36,336 nucleotides of DNA from Candidatus Nanohaloarchaea archaeon (GTDB lineage Archaea; EX4484-52; GLR71), in assembly GCA_030671745.1 (NCBI GenBank), contig DAOVHT010000001.1:1-36336 (forward strand), in the 5' to 3' direction. This document shows, piece after piece, positions 9,174 to 16,945 of this stretch (the stretch's first letter is position 1; every line of letters starts with the position of its first letter). The notes under the pieces were generated by a model. That model saw nothing but the letters and a program-made list of their open reading frames with translations. It searched no databases and was not told where the DNA came from. Made by a program: the position numbers and the translations under genes.

Positions 9174-11765
9174 TTATCTGTTTGGCCATGCATTCCATTT
9201 ATCTACATAATGTGCAACAATTTCATATGACGCGCCCGTTATGAAATTAACAGTAGGGATTAAGACAACACCCACTCCTGTTGTAGCTAATGCAGTACTT
9301 GCAACAATGTCTATAGCAACTCCCACCAGCATAGCACTAGTTTTTATGGAACCACCCAACCAATCCACACCAGCATAGCAATAATTTGTACCCTCAAAGG
9401 AATTATCAAATTCGACATAGACTTTAAGTGCATTTATATCTGTGTTAACCTCTGTTTTCCATAGATTATTTAGGTTATAGGGTTCGCACTGTTTTATCCC
9501 ATTCCCATCAGCATCCATATATAATGTTGGTATTTCAACATAACTATTGCCCGTATCTACTATTTCTGAATTATGAACTTGTGCGGAATTAAATTGTACA
9601 TAATATTCGGTCCCATCTATCTCTTTTTCAGTTGCACCATTATAATAATCCGCTGCAGAATTGATTTCAACCGTACTGGACCAACTACTACTTTCATCCG
9701 GTTTATATTTAGTATCTGCACCTTCATACCTTCCTAATGTTGTAATCTGTGGGTGGGTTAGATAATAGTATTCTTCTTTAGGGTCATACGGCGTGTCTAT
9801 ATTATAATATGCACCTTGACATCTACCTCCTGCACTTACTTCCAAACCTTCATCAATACACTTGTTATCTGATACGATTTGATCACCCAAATTTAAATCA
9901 ATTTGATAACCTGTAGGACCTACCAAACCTAACTGTAGACCTGTGTCAGGGAATGTGATTGTTCCGTCAGCATTTGCAGTATTTTCCGTATACAACACAG
10001 TACTGTCTCCATTGGGATTACCAAAAAGATATCCATTTTGTGTACCACTATTTGGTGCATTTGGGTCATAATAATCAGGGAATGCCATACAATTATCCTT
10101 TGTCGTCCATGTAAGTTCTCTTTCGACTCCCATACTATTATAATTGACTTCAGTTGTTTTATTACAGCATACAAGGTCATTTTTACATTCAGTAACATAA
10201 CATCCCATTTTTTCATGTTTAACTATTACTTTTTCAGTCTTACATGGGCTTGCAAGGAAAAATCTAGTTGGTCTTTGTGGTTCATCCCTACTCAGAGCGA
10301 TATAATAATAATTTATTATATCTTCCAACTGTTCTGTCTGTACATTATAATAATTGCTTTTATACCCGAGTGCATTTATTCCAACAGCATTATATTTTTC
10401 ATTATCATTATCTATATATGCTGCACTAATACCGACACTCGTTACAAATGCACACAATAATGTGCCTTTACTTTTTATGCCTAACATAACTCCGCAAGTT
10501 GAAAATGCATTGACTGCCTCAGCATTATCTTCACTTAACACAGACTCAGGGATATTCTCAGTTACAAGATCAATAGCCCATAATTGAAATATGCCCTGTT
10601 CTAATGGTTTTGCCTGCATATAGAATTCAGAGAGTCTTTTTGCATCAGAAAGAATAATATCTTTTTGTGATTTAGCCAAATTATTATATATCTTTAATGA
10701 TTTTTCAATTTCTTCTGTCATCATTTTCTGTGTCCAACCACCACTCGCCAATCCACCAAACATAAAATCATCATATATATTTAATCGTCTTAAATTTTGC
10801 AATTTGATTAATGCATCTCCTTTACTTTCACTGACAACATATTCTAAAGAATTTCTATAATTTTTTGCAATGACTTCTCGTTGTAATTTATGTAGGGTTG
10901 GGTATTTTTGTTCCATTTTAGTTATTAATGTTTTTTCAAATTCTTTTCCATCAAATTTAGTATTTTTCATGAGGTATTCTTGACTATCTAATATGAGATC
11001 TTTTGTTAATTCTTCTCTGATCTCATCCTCTATTGCATCTTCAGCACCATAAAACACATAACGTATGATACCGTCTGCATTTTTTATACCATGTGATAAT
11101 ATTTTTTTTTCAAGTACCATTTTTCCATAAAGTTTTCCCGGAACTTTCAGTGCTTTAAGTATAAATTGTGGGTCTGTCATAGTGTTTACTATAGTTTTCA
11201 TAGATACTTTTATGCCTTTCCATCCGGCGTTAGTTATTTGCTTTGCTCCAGGAATCATATTTAGAGCACCTCCAAGCATTACACCTCCCCAACTGAAATC
11301 TTCAACTCTCACTTTCCAGTCTGCAGCCTGATCTTCTGGAAATGCCTCATAATATACAAGGCAATTTGGGTCACCCATTCCAGTAATCCATCCTTCTGGA
11401 TCACTTTCATCATATTCTGGATCTTTTGTCAATTCAAATCCTTGTACTTCACAATTATAGTTTTCATCTTCACCATAACACACCGCAACTTTTGTTCCGA
11501 ACTCTTTTTGCGCGGGACATAATTCAGTCACATCAACTCCCGCGTGCGACATACCCACACAATTAAGTGCATAAGCTAAAGCTTGTATGGATCTAATAGA
11601 ATTAGTATCACATCCAGGGGTCAGCTCAGGAAAAGCATAATTTGTCAAAAATTCAAACAACGGCTGACCGATATCTGATGTCACAAACATAGTGCCTGCC
11701 CCTAAGATAACAAGACCTATAATCAAGTTAGCGACCAATGGTAAGGTTCCTTTTTTATTTTTCAT
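9174..11765 (-). CDS. Large (863 aa) prepilin-like-leader protein with additional internal and C-terminal hydrophobic segments
   Basis: The leader is MKNKKG|TLPLVANLIIGLVILGAGTMFV. Further hydrophobic stretches are FSWGGVMLGGALNMIPGA, GVMLGIKSKGTLLCAFVTSVGISAAYI and SAMLVGVAIDIVASTALATTGVGVVLIPTVNFITGA. I recognise no catalytic motif. Confidence 0.8.
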   Translation of the reverse strand: MKNKKGTLPLVANLIIGLVILGAGTMFVTSDIGQPLFEFLTNYAFPELTPGCDTNSIRSIQALAYALNCVGMSHAGVDVTELCPAQKEFGTKVAVCYGEDENYNCEVQGFELTKDPEYDESDPEGWITGMGDPNCLVYYEAFPEDQAADWKVRVEDFSWGGVMLGGALNMIPGAKQITNAGWKGIKVSMKTIVNTMTDPQFILKALKVPGKLYGKMVLEKKILSHGIKNADGIIRYVFYGAEDAIEDEIREELTKDLILDSQEYLMKNTKFDGKEFEKTLITKMEQKYPTLHKLQREVIAKNYRNSLEYVVSESKGDALIKLQNLRRLNIYDDFMFGGLASGGWTQKMMTEEIEKSLKIYNNLAKSQKDIILSDAKRLSEFYMQAKPLEQGIFQLWAIDLVTENIPESVLSEDNAEAVNAFSTCGVMLGIKSKGTLLCAFVTSVGISAAYIDNDNEKYNAVGINALGYKSNYYNVQTEQLEDIINYYYIALSRDEPQRPTRFFLASPCKTEKVIVKHEKMGCYVTECKNDLVCCNKTTEVNYNSMGVERELTWTTKDNCMAFPDYYDPNAPNSGTQNGYLFGNPNGDSTVLYTENTANADGTITFPDTGLQLGLVGPTGYQIDLNLGDQIVSDNKCIDEGLEVSAGGRCQGAYYNIDTPYDPKEEYYYLTHPQITTLGRYEGADTKYKPDESSSWSSTVEINSAADYYNGATEKEIDGTEYYVQFNSAQVHNSEIVDTGNSYVEIPTLYMDADGNGIKQCEPYNLNNLWKTEVNTDINALKVYVEFDNSFEGTNYCYAGVDWLGGSIKTSAMLVGVAIDIVASTALATTGVGVVLIPTVNFITGASYEIVAHYVDKWNAWPNR

Positions 11766-11805
11766 GCGCTCATCAACTATTTGTATTTCTGATTATATAT
11801 TATTT

Positions 11806-12993
11806 TTATGTTTTATCTTCAATTACTATTATTATGTCATCTGAATCATAAGGGGTGCCAGTTGGACCATAAAATCGCTCGTCAAAATAATAGAATGGCT
11901 GAATTTCATATACATTATCTGTTAATAGTTTATGTGGTCCACTATTTTCGATACCACTTTGATTAATCATCAATCTATTTTTTATCATATACAAACAATT
12001 AGCGTCGGAATCACCTTTTGCCCAAGTAACACTATTGAATTCATCTGGGTTGATATCATCTTTTTTAGAATTTAAAAGATCGCAGGGGGATAAAGTATAA
12101 CTGAATGTATTTATTGAATTGAACCATTCATATAAATCTGCATCTGCCTTGGGTTTAATAAGAACTGTATTCTGGCACGCAAAATAACCATTATAATCGA
12201 TATTATCTGAATAGCTACCCATAAAATCATTTTTAAATTGGGTTGAACAGGAGGCGATATATGTATTTATATCATTTTTTGCATTGACATCAGTTTCAGC
12301 AGTTAAATCAATAATATTTGGTAAACTATAATCAATACCAACTCCACTAGAATCTCTCTCATCTCTACAGATACTAGCATCATTCAATCGTCCTTTACTT
12401 TGTGAAAATTTGTCTATGTTTGAATTTCGTGGTGGATTATACCAATTGATCAGGCTTTCACCTTTACAATATTCCATACGTGGATAAAAAAATAATGTAT
12501 CTCTACTAGAACCTGTCGTATCCCACAACCAACCTATTGTGCCTGTAAAAAGACCACCATTATTGCATACTGGTTGGTCATCCCACCAGAATACCATATC
12601 TACTTCATCTAATGTGTTAATTTGTGATGATGACCAAGCACTTTGATAACAGTCATCTACATGATTTTCCATAACTCCTTCAGTTGCATCAGTTATATTA
12701 TTGACCATATCTTCCCATGTTACGGTCCCAGTATACAATTCCTGTTTCAACCAACACGCTTTTTGACCGTTCCATGCAACCTTTGCAGCCAGTTGTATGT
12801 TTTTCATAAAGGTCTTATAATCGACAACACCAACATCACCAGGACAATAAGCGCCAGGCATAGGTATATTAAAATCTCTTGCGCTGTCAGTAATCTTCTT
12901 ACCAAGGGATCCGCCTGTCATCATCACTGCAGCAAGGACTATTACAAATATCATTATCGTCTGCATCATCGTTATAGTTCCTTTTTTACTCAT
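11806..12993 (-). CDS. Prepilin-like-leader secreted protein (395 aa), hypothetical
   Basis: The leader is MSKKG|TITMMQTIMIFVIVLAAVMMTGG, followed by a Cys- and Trp-containing extracellular-looking domain. ATG at 12993 lies 6 nt after the upstream stop. Confidence 0.8.
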   Translation of the reverse strand: MSKKGTITMMQTIMIFVIVLAAVMMTGGSLGKKITDSARDFNIPMPGAYCPGDVGVVDYKTFMKNIQLAAKVAWNGQKACWLKQELYTGTVTWEDMVNNITDATEGVMENHVDDCYQSAWSSSQINTLDEVDMVFWWDDQPVCNNGGLFTGTIGWLWDTTGSSRDTLFFYPRMEYCKGESLINWYNPPRNSNIDKFSQSKGRLNDASICRDERDSSGVGIDYSLPNIIDLTAETDVNAKNDINTYIASCSTQFKNDFMGSYSDNIDYNGYFACQNTVLIKPKADADLYEWFNSINTFSYTLSPCDLLNSKKDDINPDEFNSVTWAKGDSDANCLYMIKNRLMINQSGIENSGPHKLLTDNVYEIQPFYYFDERFYGPTGTPYDSDDIIIVIEDKT

Positions 12994-12999
12994 AAAAAT

Positions 13000-13191
13000 C
13001 TAACCTGAAAACACATTCTTTATCATCATGGGCACAAAACTGCCCCCATAATTCCCGAATTTTCTTGCCGCATAACTTGCGGCAACAATCAATATTGAAA
13101 ATGCTAAAAGACCCATACATATCTTGATGATAAGTTCTAGGTCCATCGCGCCTTTCCGACTCTTGATAAGATAATAGGTAATCTCTAACAT
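13000..13191 (-). CDS. Mini prepilin-like protein (63 aa; about 49 aa after the predicted cleavage)
   Basis: The ATG at 13191 gives MLEITYYLIKSRKG|AMDLELIIKICMGLLAFSILIVAASY, with Glu at +5. The track start 13209 is TTG. Confidence 0.6.
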   Translation of the reverse strand: MLEITYYLIKSRKGAMDLELIIKICMGLLAFSILIVAASYAARKFGNYGGSFVPMMIKNVFSG

Positions 13192-13209
13192 ACATTCACC
13201 GTTATTCAA

Positions 13210-13716
13210 TCATGGGTCTTGAATCTCATCTGCACAGGTCTTTGTAAGTGCACCACTACTGTCATTATTTACCTGACAACATTGATTATCATTTCCTGTA
13301 TCAAGCACAAGCCACCACTCTCTATTATTTGGACCACTTTTAGTTTTTGGATCATACTTAAACGCAGCCATCGTGCATTCTACAGGACTACATTCACTGA
13401 TATCGCCCACACATTTTTCAGATACACAAGCATGCGGGGGATTGGGTATAGTCTCATTAGGTGGGAATAATGTGCAATAGGTCTCATTGCCACACTTGTT
13501 CATACAATCCTCTGTATTGCATGCACCTACAAGACATTCAGCACTAGTATTACTTACGCATGGGTCAACAATAGATATGCAGCATTGTCCCTGATTATCA
13601 TAGTCGCATACTTGCTCTGTCTTCATGTTCATGAAGTTCATAAGCATGAATCCAATTATCATTACAAGGAACAGCGACATGATAACATAAAAGATTGAAA
13701 GTCCACTGCGCCTCAT
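13210..13716 (-). CDS. Prepilin-like-leader Cys-rich secreted protein (168 aa from ATG 13716)
   Basis: The leader is MRRSG|LSIFYVIMSLFLVMIIGFMLMNF, followed by a domain with about 20 Cys. The track start 13803 is TTG and lies within promoter-like AT-rich sequence. A TATA (TTATATAC, minus strand) at 13738-13745 is about 26 nt upstream of ATG 13716. Confidence 0.7.
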   Translation of the reverse strand: MRRSGLSIFYVIMSLFLVMIIGFMLMNFMNMKTEQVCDYDNQGQCCISIVDPCVSNTSAECLVGACNTEDCMNKCGNETYCTLFPPNETIPNPPHACVSEKCVGDISECSPVECTMAAFKYDPKTKSGPNNREWWLVLDTGNDNQCCQVNNDSSGALTKTCADEIQDP

Positions 13717-13737
13717 ATAGTATTCTTGTCTTTCTTT

Positions 13738-13790
13738 GTATATAACATTTTTGTCTTTTTTTACCTCAACAATCACAAACAAATATATTA
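13738..13790. promoter_or_regulatory. Compact divergent promoter with two TATA boxes, each about 26 nt from its ATG (leaderless-type)
   Basis: gtatataac (13738-13746) serves the minus-strand gene starting at 13716. aaatatatta (13781-13790) serves the plus-strand gene starting at 13813. Confidence 0.5.
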
Positions 13791-13812
13791 ATGAACACAC
13801 CAAATCTTAATC

Positions 13813-14001
13813 ATGTTGATTTATCCTTATGTTGAAACTTTGAACCGTGTCCGTAAAGGTCAGGACATAGGAATATCAAAGATAGCAGCTTTAGTGCTTA
13901 TGATGGCGGGGATTCTAGTGTTCATCGCAGTCCTTTATTCTATGATGACAAAAGGTCAAGGTGTGATGGATGTGATTGATCCGTTAGAATACAGTAATTG
14001 A
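13813..14001 (+). CDS. Mini prepilin-like protein (62 aa; about 46 aa after the predicted cleavage)
   Basis: ATG start. The leader is MLIYPYVETLNRVRKG|QDIGISKIAALVLMMAGILVFIAVLY, and only about 20 residues follow the helix. Confidence 0.6.
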   Translation: MLIYPYVETLNRVRKGQDIGISKIAALVLMMAGILVFIAVLYSMMTKGQGVMDVIDPLEYSN

Positions 14002-14014
14002 TGATGTGATAAAT

Positions 14015-14284
14015 ATGAGAAAAGGAATGACAATCGCGATAACTCTTGTAATGGCAATGCTTGTGGCATTGGTTGTAGCCTTTGTCTTGATATCGATGTT
14101 CAGCACATCGATGGATAAGGGTAGTAAGGGGTTGACTGGTTCTTTAGACTCGACAACAGATGATGTAACTGGATTGGCTTGCAGTACCCATTGTGCGACC
14201 TGCTGTATAACGCAGGATGAAGATTATTGCGAAGATACGGATCATGGTGCGCCCTCAGATGCTTGCGAATGTCCAAATTGTTAA
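14015..14284 (+). CDS. Small prepilin-like protein with an 8-Cys C-terminal module (C-x3-C-x2-CC family)
   Basis: The ATG at 14015 gives MRKG|MTIAITLVMAMLVALVVAFVLISMF (the track start 14006 is GTG). The tail is CSTHCATCCITQDEDYCEDTDHGAPSDACECPNC. Confidence 0.75.
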   Translation: MRKGMTIAITLVMAMLVALVVAFVLISMFSTSMDKGSKGLTGSLDSTTDDVTGLACSTHCATCCITQDEDYCEDTDHGAPSDACECPNC

Positions 14285-14296
14285 GGTTTGATACTT

Positions 14297-14542
14297 ATGC
14301 GAAAAGCTATGACACAGTCAATATCTCTTATAACTGTCATAGTCGTAGGTCTTTTTGTGGTTGGAATTCTTATTATCATGGTTGGTGACAAGATGGGCAA
14401 GGCATCCGATGCGATTGGTCAGAATACAGATGTCACAGAAGACAGCCTTGAATGCAAGACTGAGTGTTCAGCCTGTTGTGCGACAGGGTATGGCGATACT
14501 GTCTGTGAGCGCCAGTTCATAGCCTGTGATTGTAGTTGTTGA
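14297..14542 (+). CDS. Small prepilin-like protein with an 8-Cys C-terminal module; tandem paralogue of 14015-14284
   Basis: The ATG at 14297 gives MRKA|MTQSISLITVIVVGLFVVGILIIMVG (the track start 14288 is TTG). An AAGGT SD-like sequence lies at 14283-14287. The tail is CKTECSACCATGYGDTVCERQFIACDCSC. Confidence 0.75.
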   Translation: MRKAMTQSISLITVIVVGLFVVGILIIMVGDKMGKASDAIGQNTDVTEDSLECKTECSACCATGYGDTVCERQFIACDCSC

Positions 14543-14543
14543 C

Positions 14544-14563
14544 AGATTATTCAGAAATAATCT
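14544..14563 (+). terminator. 8-bp stem / 4-nt loop hairpin immediately after the stop codon
   Basis: agattatt-caga-aataatct starts 2 nt after the TGA at 14540-14542. Confidence 0.35.
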
Positions 14564-14691
14564 CATTTCGCTTCGCGATATTCGAATCTTTCTTCACATT
14601 CGTTCTGAAATCATCAAGATCAAAGACAACAAATCACATCTTGCGCAGTTTTTCTTTGCCTTCAATATTTTTTGTAACAAGACCTAAATAT

Positions 14692-14931
14692 TCATTTCTT
14701 TTTTCCTAAAAAGTCTAAGAATTCATCTCTGTTCATATTAAGGTCCTGTTTGACAATTTTATTGAGTAATCCTCTATCCAGTTTTTCACCCGGGTGTACA
14801 GGTACTACTGTTGTTCGTCCATCTATATGTTCAAAGAATTGGTGGCTTCCATGTTGCCGTTTAAATTCAAAGCCCAATCTATTAAGTATTTTTATTAATT
14901 CTTTGGCAGTTATAAGTGGCCTTTTGACCAT
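14692..14931 (-). CDS. hicA: HicA-family mRNA interferase toxin
   Basis: KELIKILNRLGFEFKRQHGSHQFFEH..GRTTVVPVHPGEKLDRGLLNKIVKQ matches the HicA/YcfA pattern, including the GSH motif. It lies 2 nt downstream of hicB. Confidence 0.9.
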   Translation of the reverse strand: MVKRPLITAKELIKILNRLGFEFKRQHGSHQFFEHIDGRTTVVPVHPGEKLDRGLLNKIVKQDLNMNRDEFLDFLGKKK

Positions 14932-14933
14932 AT

Positions 14934-15158
14934 TTATGCCTCTACTTCAAGCTGTTCAAGACCTAGAAATTTTGTTTTGATTATATTGGCTTTATTTTCC
15001 ATCAAGTATAATTCTATTGCTTCTTTTGTTCTTTTGATTAGTTCATCGCGTGTTTTTGCCTGTGTGTGGCATCCTGGAAGTCCAACGACTTCTGATATCA
15101 GATATCCATCTTCCCCTTCTTCGATGATTATTGTATATTTTTCACCCATATAAATCAT
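14934..15158 (-). CDS. hicB: HicB-family antitoxin (UPF0150-type); start uncertain (ATG at 15158 or 15149; the track start 15194 is TTG)
   Basis: KYTIIIEEGEDGYLISEVVGLPGCHTQAKTRDELIKRTKEAIELYL is the typical HicB N-terminal fold signature. Confidence 0.85.
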   Translation of the reverse strand: MIYMGEKYTIIIEEGEDGYLISEVVGLPGCHTQAKTRDELIKRTKEAIELYLMENKANIIKTKFLGLEQLEVEA

Positions 15159-15222
15159 ATGGTGTTTCTTTTTTATAAATCTTCTCATCTCCAAAAATTA
15201 TATATAATCAACAATCTAAAAG

Positions 15223-15522
15223 ATGTATATAGTGTTTACGATGGCATTCTTAAAATCAAGAAAAAAGGGTGAATTGACAATTGAGACAGTCATAATCATA
15301 GTCTTATTTCTTGCAGTATTAGCTATTGTGATATTGGTTGTCAGTTCATTGACCGGTAAAGGTTCAGATTCAATGGGGACAACCATTGAGACCACAGGCG
15401 CTGGCGCACTCTGCGAGATCGAATGCATGAAGTGTTGTAGTAGTCAAGAAAAAGATTGTGAACCAATAGGTTCTTGCTGTGTTGATAAAGATGACCAAAA
15501 AATTGGTTGCCAATTGACTTAA
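15223..15522 (+). CDS. Small prepilin-like protein with an 8-Cys C-terminal module (C-x3-C-x2-CC family)
   Basis: The leader is MYIVFTMAFLKSRKKG|ELTIETVIIIVLFLAVLAIVILVV, with Glu at +1 and +5. The tail is CEIECMKCCSSQEKDCEPIGSCCVDKDDQKIGC. The TATA ttatatataa at 15198-15207 is about 20-25 nt upstream. Confidence 0.75.
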   Translation: MYIVFTMAFLKSRKKGELTIETVIIIVLFLAVLAIVILVVSSLTGKGSDSMGTTIETTGAGALCEIECMKCCSSQEKDCEPIGSCCVDKDDQKIGCQLT

Positions 15523-15535
15523 ATTCTCTTAAATC

Positions 15536-16804
15536 TCAAACTCTCAACAAAAATTTCCAAACAGGAACAATCTCAATATCATCAACAGTCCCTTCCTCTT
15601 CAAGTGTTACAACCATTGACTTTTCTACCTTATCTCCGAATTTGTCCAGATATTTTCTGATTTGTTTAACCGATTTCCTGCTCTGCTTAACTTCAATAAT
15701 CTCCTGTTTATCATCTTTCAAAAGCACAAAATCAATCTCGAAACCATTCCTATAAAAAAACTTAGAGTCTGTATATGTGGCCACCATATTTTCAAGCAAG
15801 TATGGTAAAAGACTATCAATATCCTGATTGAATGCGAATGCAATGTTGGGTGTATAAAGATATGCTTTTTTCATCTTTCTCATGCTGGCAATCGGACTGC
15901 CTCTATAATTGAATACTGGTTTTACTAAAAGTCCGAATTCAAGATATTCAAAATAATTGGCAATCGTTCTCTGATCCTTACCGAGGTCTTGCGCAATCTC
16001 TTTATAATTGACAATCATGCCTGGCTTTTTGCAGATGATATATACAAGTGTCTTGAGCAGTTCAACATCTTTTATCTCAAATTCTGCAGGCAAATCTTTG
16101 TATATGATTCGTTCTATGACATTGTTCAATATGTACCTTTTAGCGAATTCCTCATCAGTTTCATCATAAAGTTCGGGAAACATACCATATTTAAGATATC
16201 TATAAAACAATGGAATCAATTCTTTTTTCCATAGATCTGGATTGGTCTTTATCACTTTAAGATCTTTGCCGTTCAGCTCAATAAATTCTTCAAAAGATAA
16301 GGGTTTCATCTGAAAATCAATTATTCTGCCTGCAAGACTTTCAGTTGACTTTTTTCTCAGGCTGACTGATGCCGAACCAGATATGAATAATTTGACATTT
16401 GGATAAAGGTCATAGATAACTTTAATCTTGTTCTCCCAGTCATCAACTTTCTGTATCTCGTCCAAGAATATATAGACTTTACCCTCTATATCATCAAAAC
16501 TTTTTCCCAATATAGTTTTCTGATACGTTTCAAGAACATCTCTGAATTCAAACACTACTTCATCAAAAGAGAAATATAATACATTTTTTTGGTCAGCATC
16601 TGCAAGTATTTTCTGTATTAATTGGTACATTGTAGTTGTTTTTCCGACACGTCTTAATCCCCAGACTAACATTACTTGTTTTTTATCAATATATTTCTCA
16701 ATCTCAAAATATATGCGCCTTTTATACGGTTTAAGTAACGTCTCCTTTACTGTTCCCGTTTTCCACCACGGATTGAATTTTACTAAGTAATCAATAGGGG
16801 TCAT
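15536..16804 (-). CDS. AAA+ ATPase of the AAA_14/DUF4143 type
   Basis: It has the N-terminal FNPWW motif, a Walker A (GLRRVGKTT) and a Walker B-like IFLDEIQ. The C-terminal region has the DUF4143-like pattern. Length is 422 aa. Confidence 0.9.
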   Translation of the reverse strand: MTPIDYLVKFNPWWKTGTVKETLLKPYKRRIYFEIEKYIDKKQVMLVWGLRRVGKTTTMYQLIQKILADADQKNVLYFSFDEVVFEFRDVLETYQKTILGKSFDDIEGKVYIFLDEIQKVDDWENKIKVIYDLYPNVKLFISGSASVSLRKKSTESLAGRIIDFQMKPLSFEEFIELNGKDLKVIKTNPDLWKKELIPLFYRYLKYGMFPELYDETDEEFAKRYILNNVIERIIYKDLPAEFEIKDVELLKTLVYIICKKPGMIVNYKEIAQDLGKDQRTIANYFEYLEFGLLVKPVFNYRGSPIASMRKMKKAYLYTPNIAFAFNQDIDSLLPYLLENMVATYTDSKFFYRNGFEIDFVLLKDDKQEIIEVKQSRKSVKQIRKYLDKFGDKVEKSMVVTLEEEGTVDDIEIVPVWKFLLRV

Positions 16805-16826
16805 GTATATATTATTGCGTCCAAAC

Positions 16827-16834
16827 TATATAAA
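16827..16834 (-). promoter_or_regulatory. TATA box (TTTATATA on the minus strand) 23-30 nt upstream of the ATPase ATG
   Basis: The plus strand reads tatataaa at 16827-16834. The ATG is at 16804, so the spacing fits a leaderless archaeal promoter. Confidence 0.45.
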
Positions 16835-16836
16835 TT

Positions 16837-16891
16837 TAATGACATTGCAACGTCATTATTTCTGGGTTTTAATGACATCACAACGTCATAA
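16837..16891. promoter_or_regulatory. Two tandem copies of a 22-bp inverted repeat (operator-like) just upstream of the TATA box
   Basis: TAATGAC-ATTGCAAC-GTCATTA (16837-16858) and TAATGAC-ATCACAAC-GTCATAA (16870-16891). The arms are 7 bp, the spacers 8 nt, and the centre-to-centre distance is 33 bp. Confidence 0.5.
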
Positions 16892-16945
16892 CTTTTTGAA
16901 TTAAATGCTTAATCGTTATCGGGGCTCTTCCGCATCAACTCAATT

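Noticed and set aside
9929-10587. ORFs 9929-10216 (-), 10038-10460 (+) and 10354-10587 (+) inside the 863-aa gene, and similar ones (12643-13008, 12986-13195, 13219-13470) in neighbouring genes.
   Set aside because: They are embedded in or antisense to longer ORFs that have consistent pilin-like leaders and operon structure. Their Ile/Phe-rich products reflect AT-rich antisense sequence.
14565-14691. Minus-strand fragments downstream of hicA (..GLVTKNIEGKEKLRKM* and FVVFDLDDFRTNVKKDSNIAKRNEIISE*) that vaguely resemble a ribbon-helix-helix antitoxin remnant.
   Set aside because: It is broken into two short frames, the similarity is weak and judged by eye only, and there is no start codon context.
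14015-15522. The C-x3-C-x2-C core of the small Cys-rich proteins coincides with the radical-SAM 4Fe-4S cluster motif.
   Set aside because: The module is only about 30-45 aa, sits after a secretion-type leader and helix, and lacks any SAM-binding or TIM-barrel context. The match is almost certainly coincidental. I have not excluded metal binding in general.
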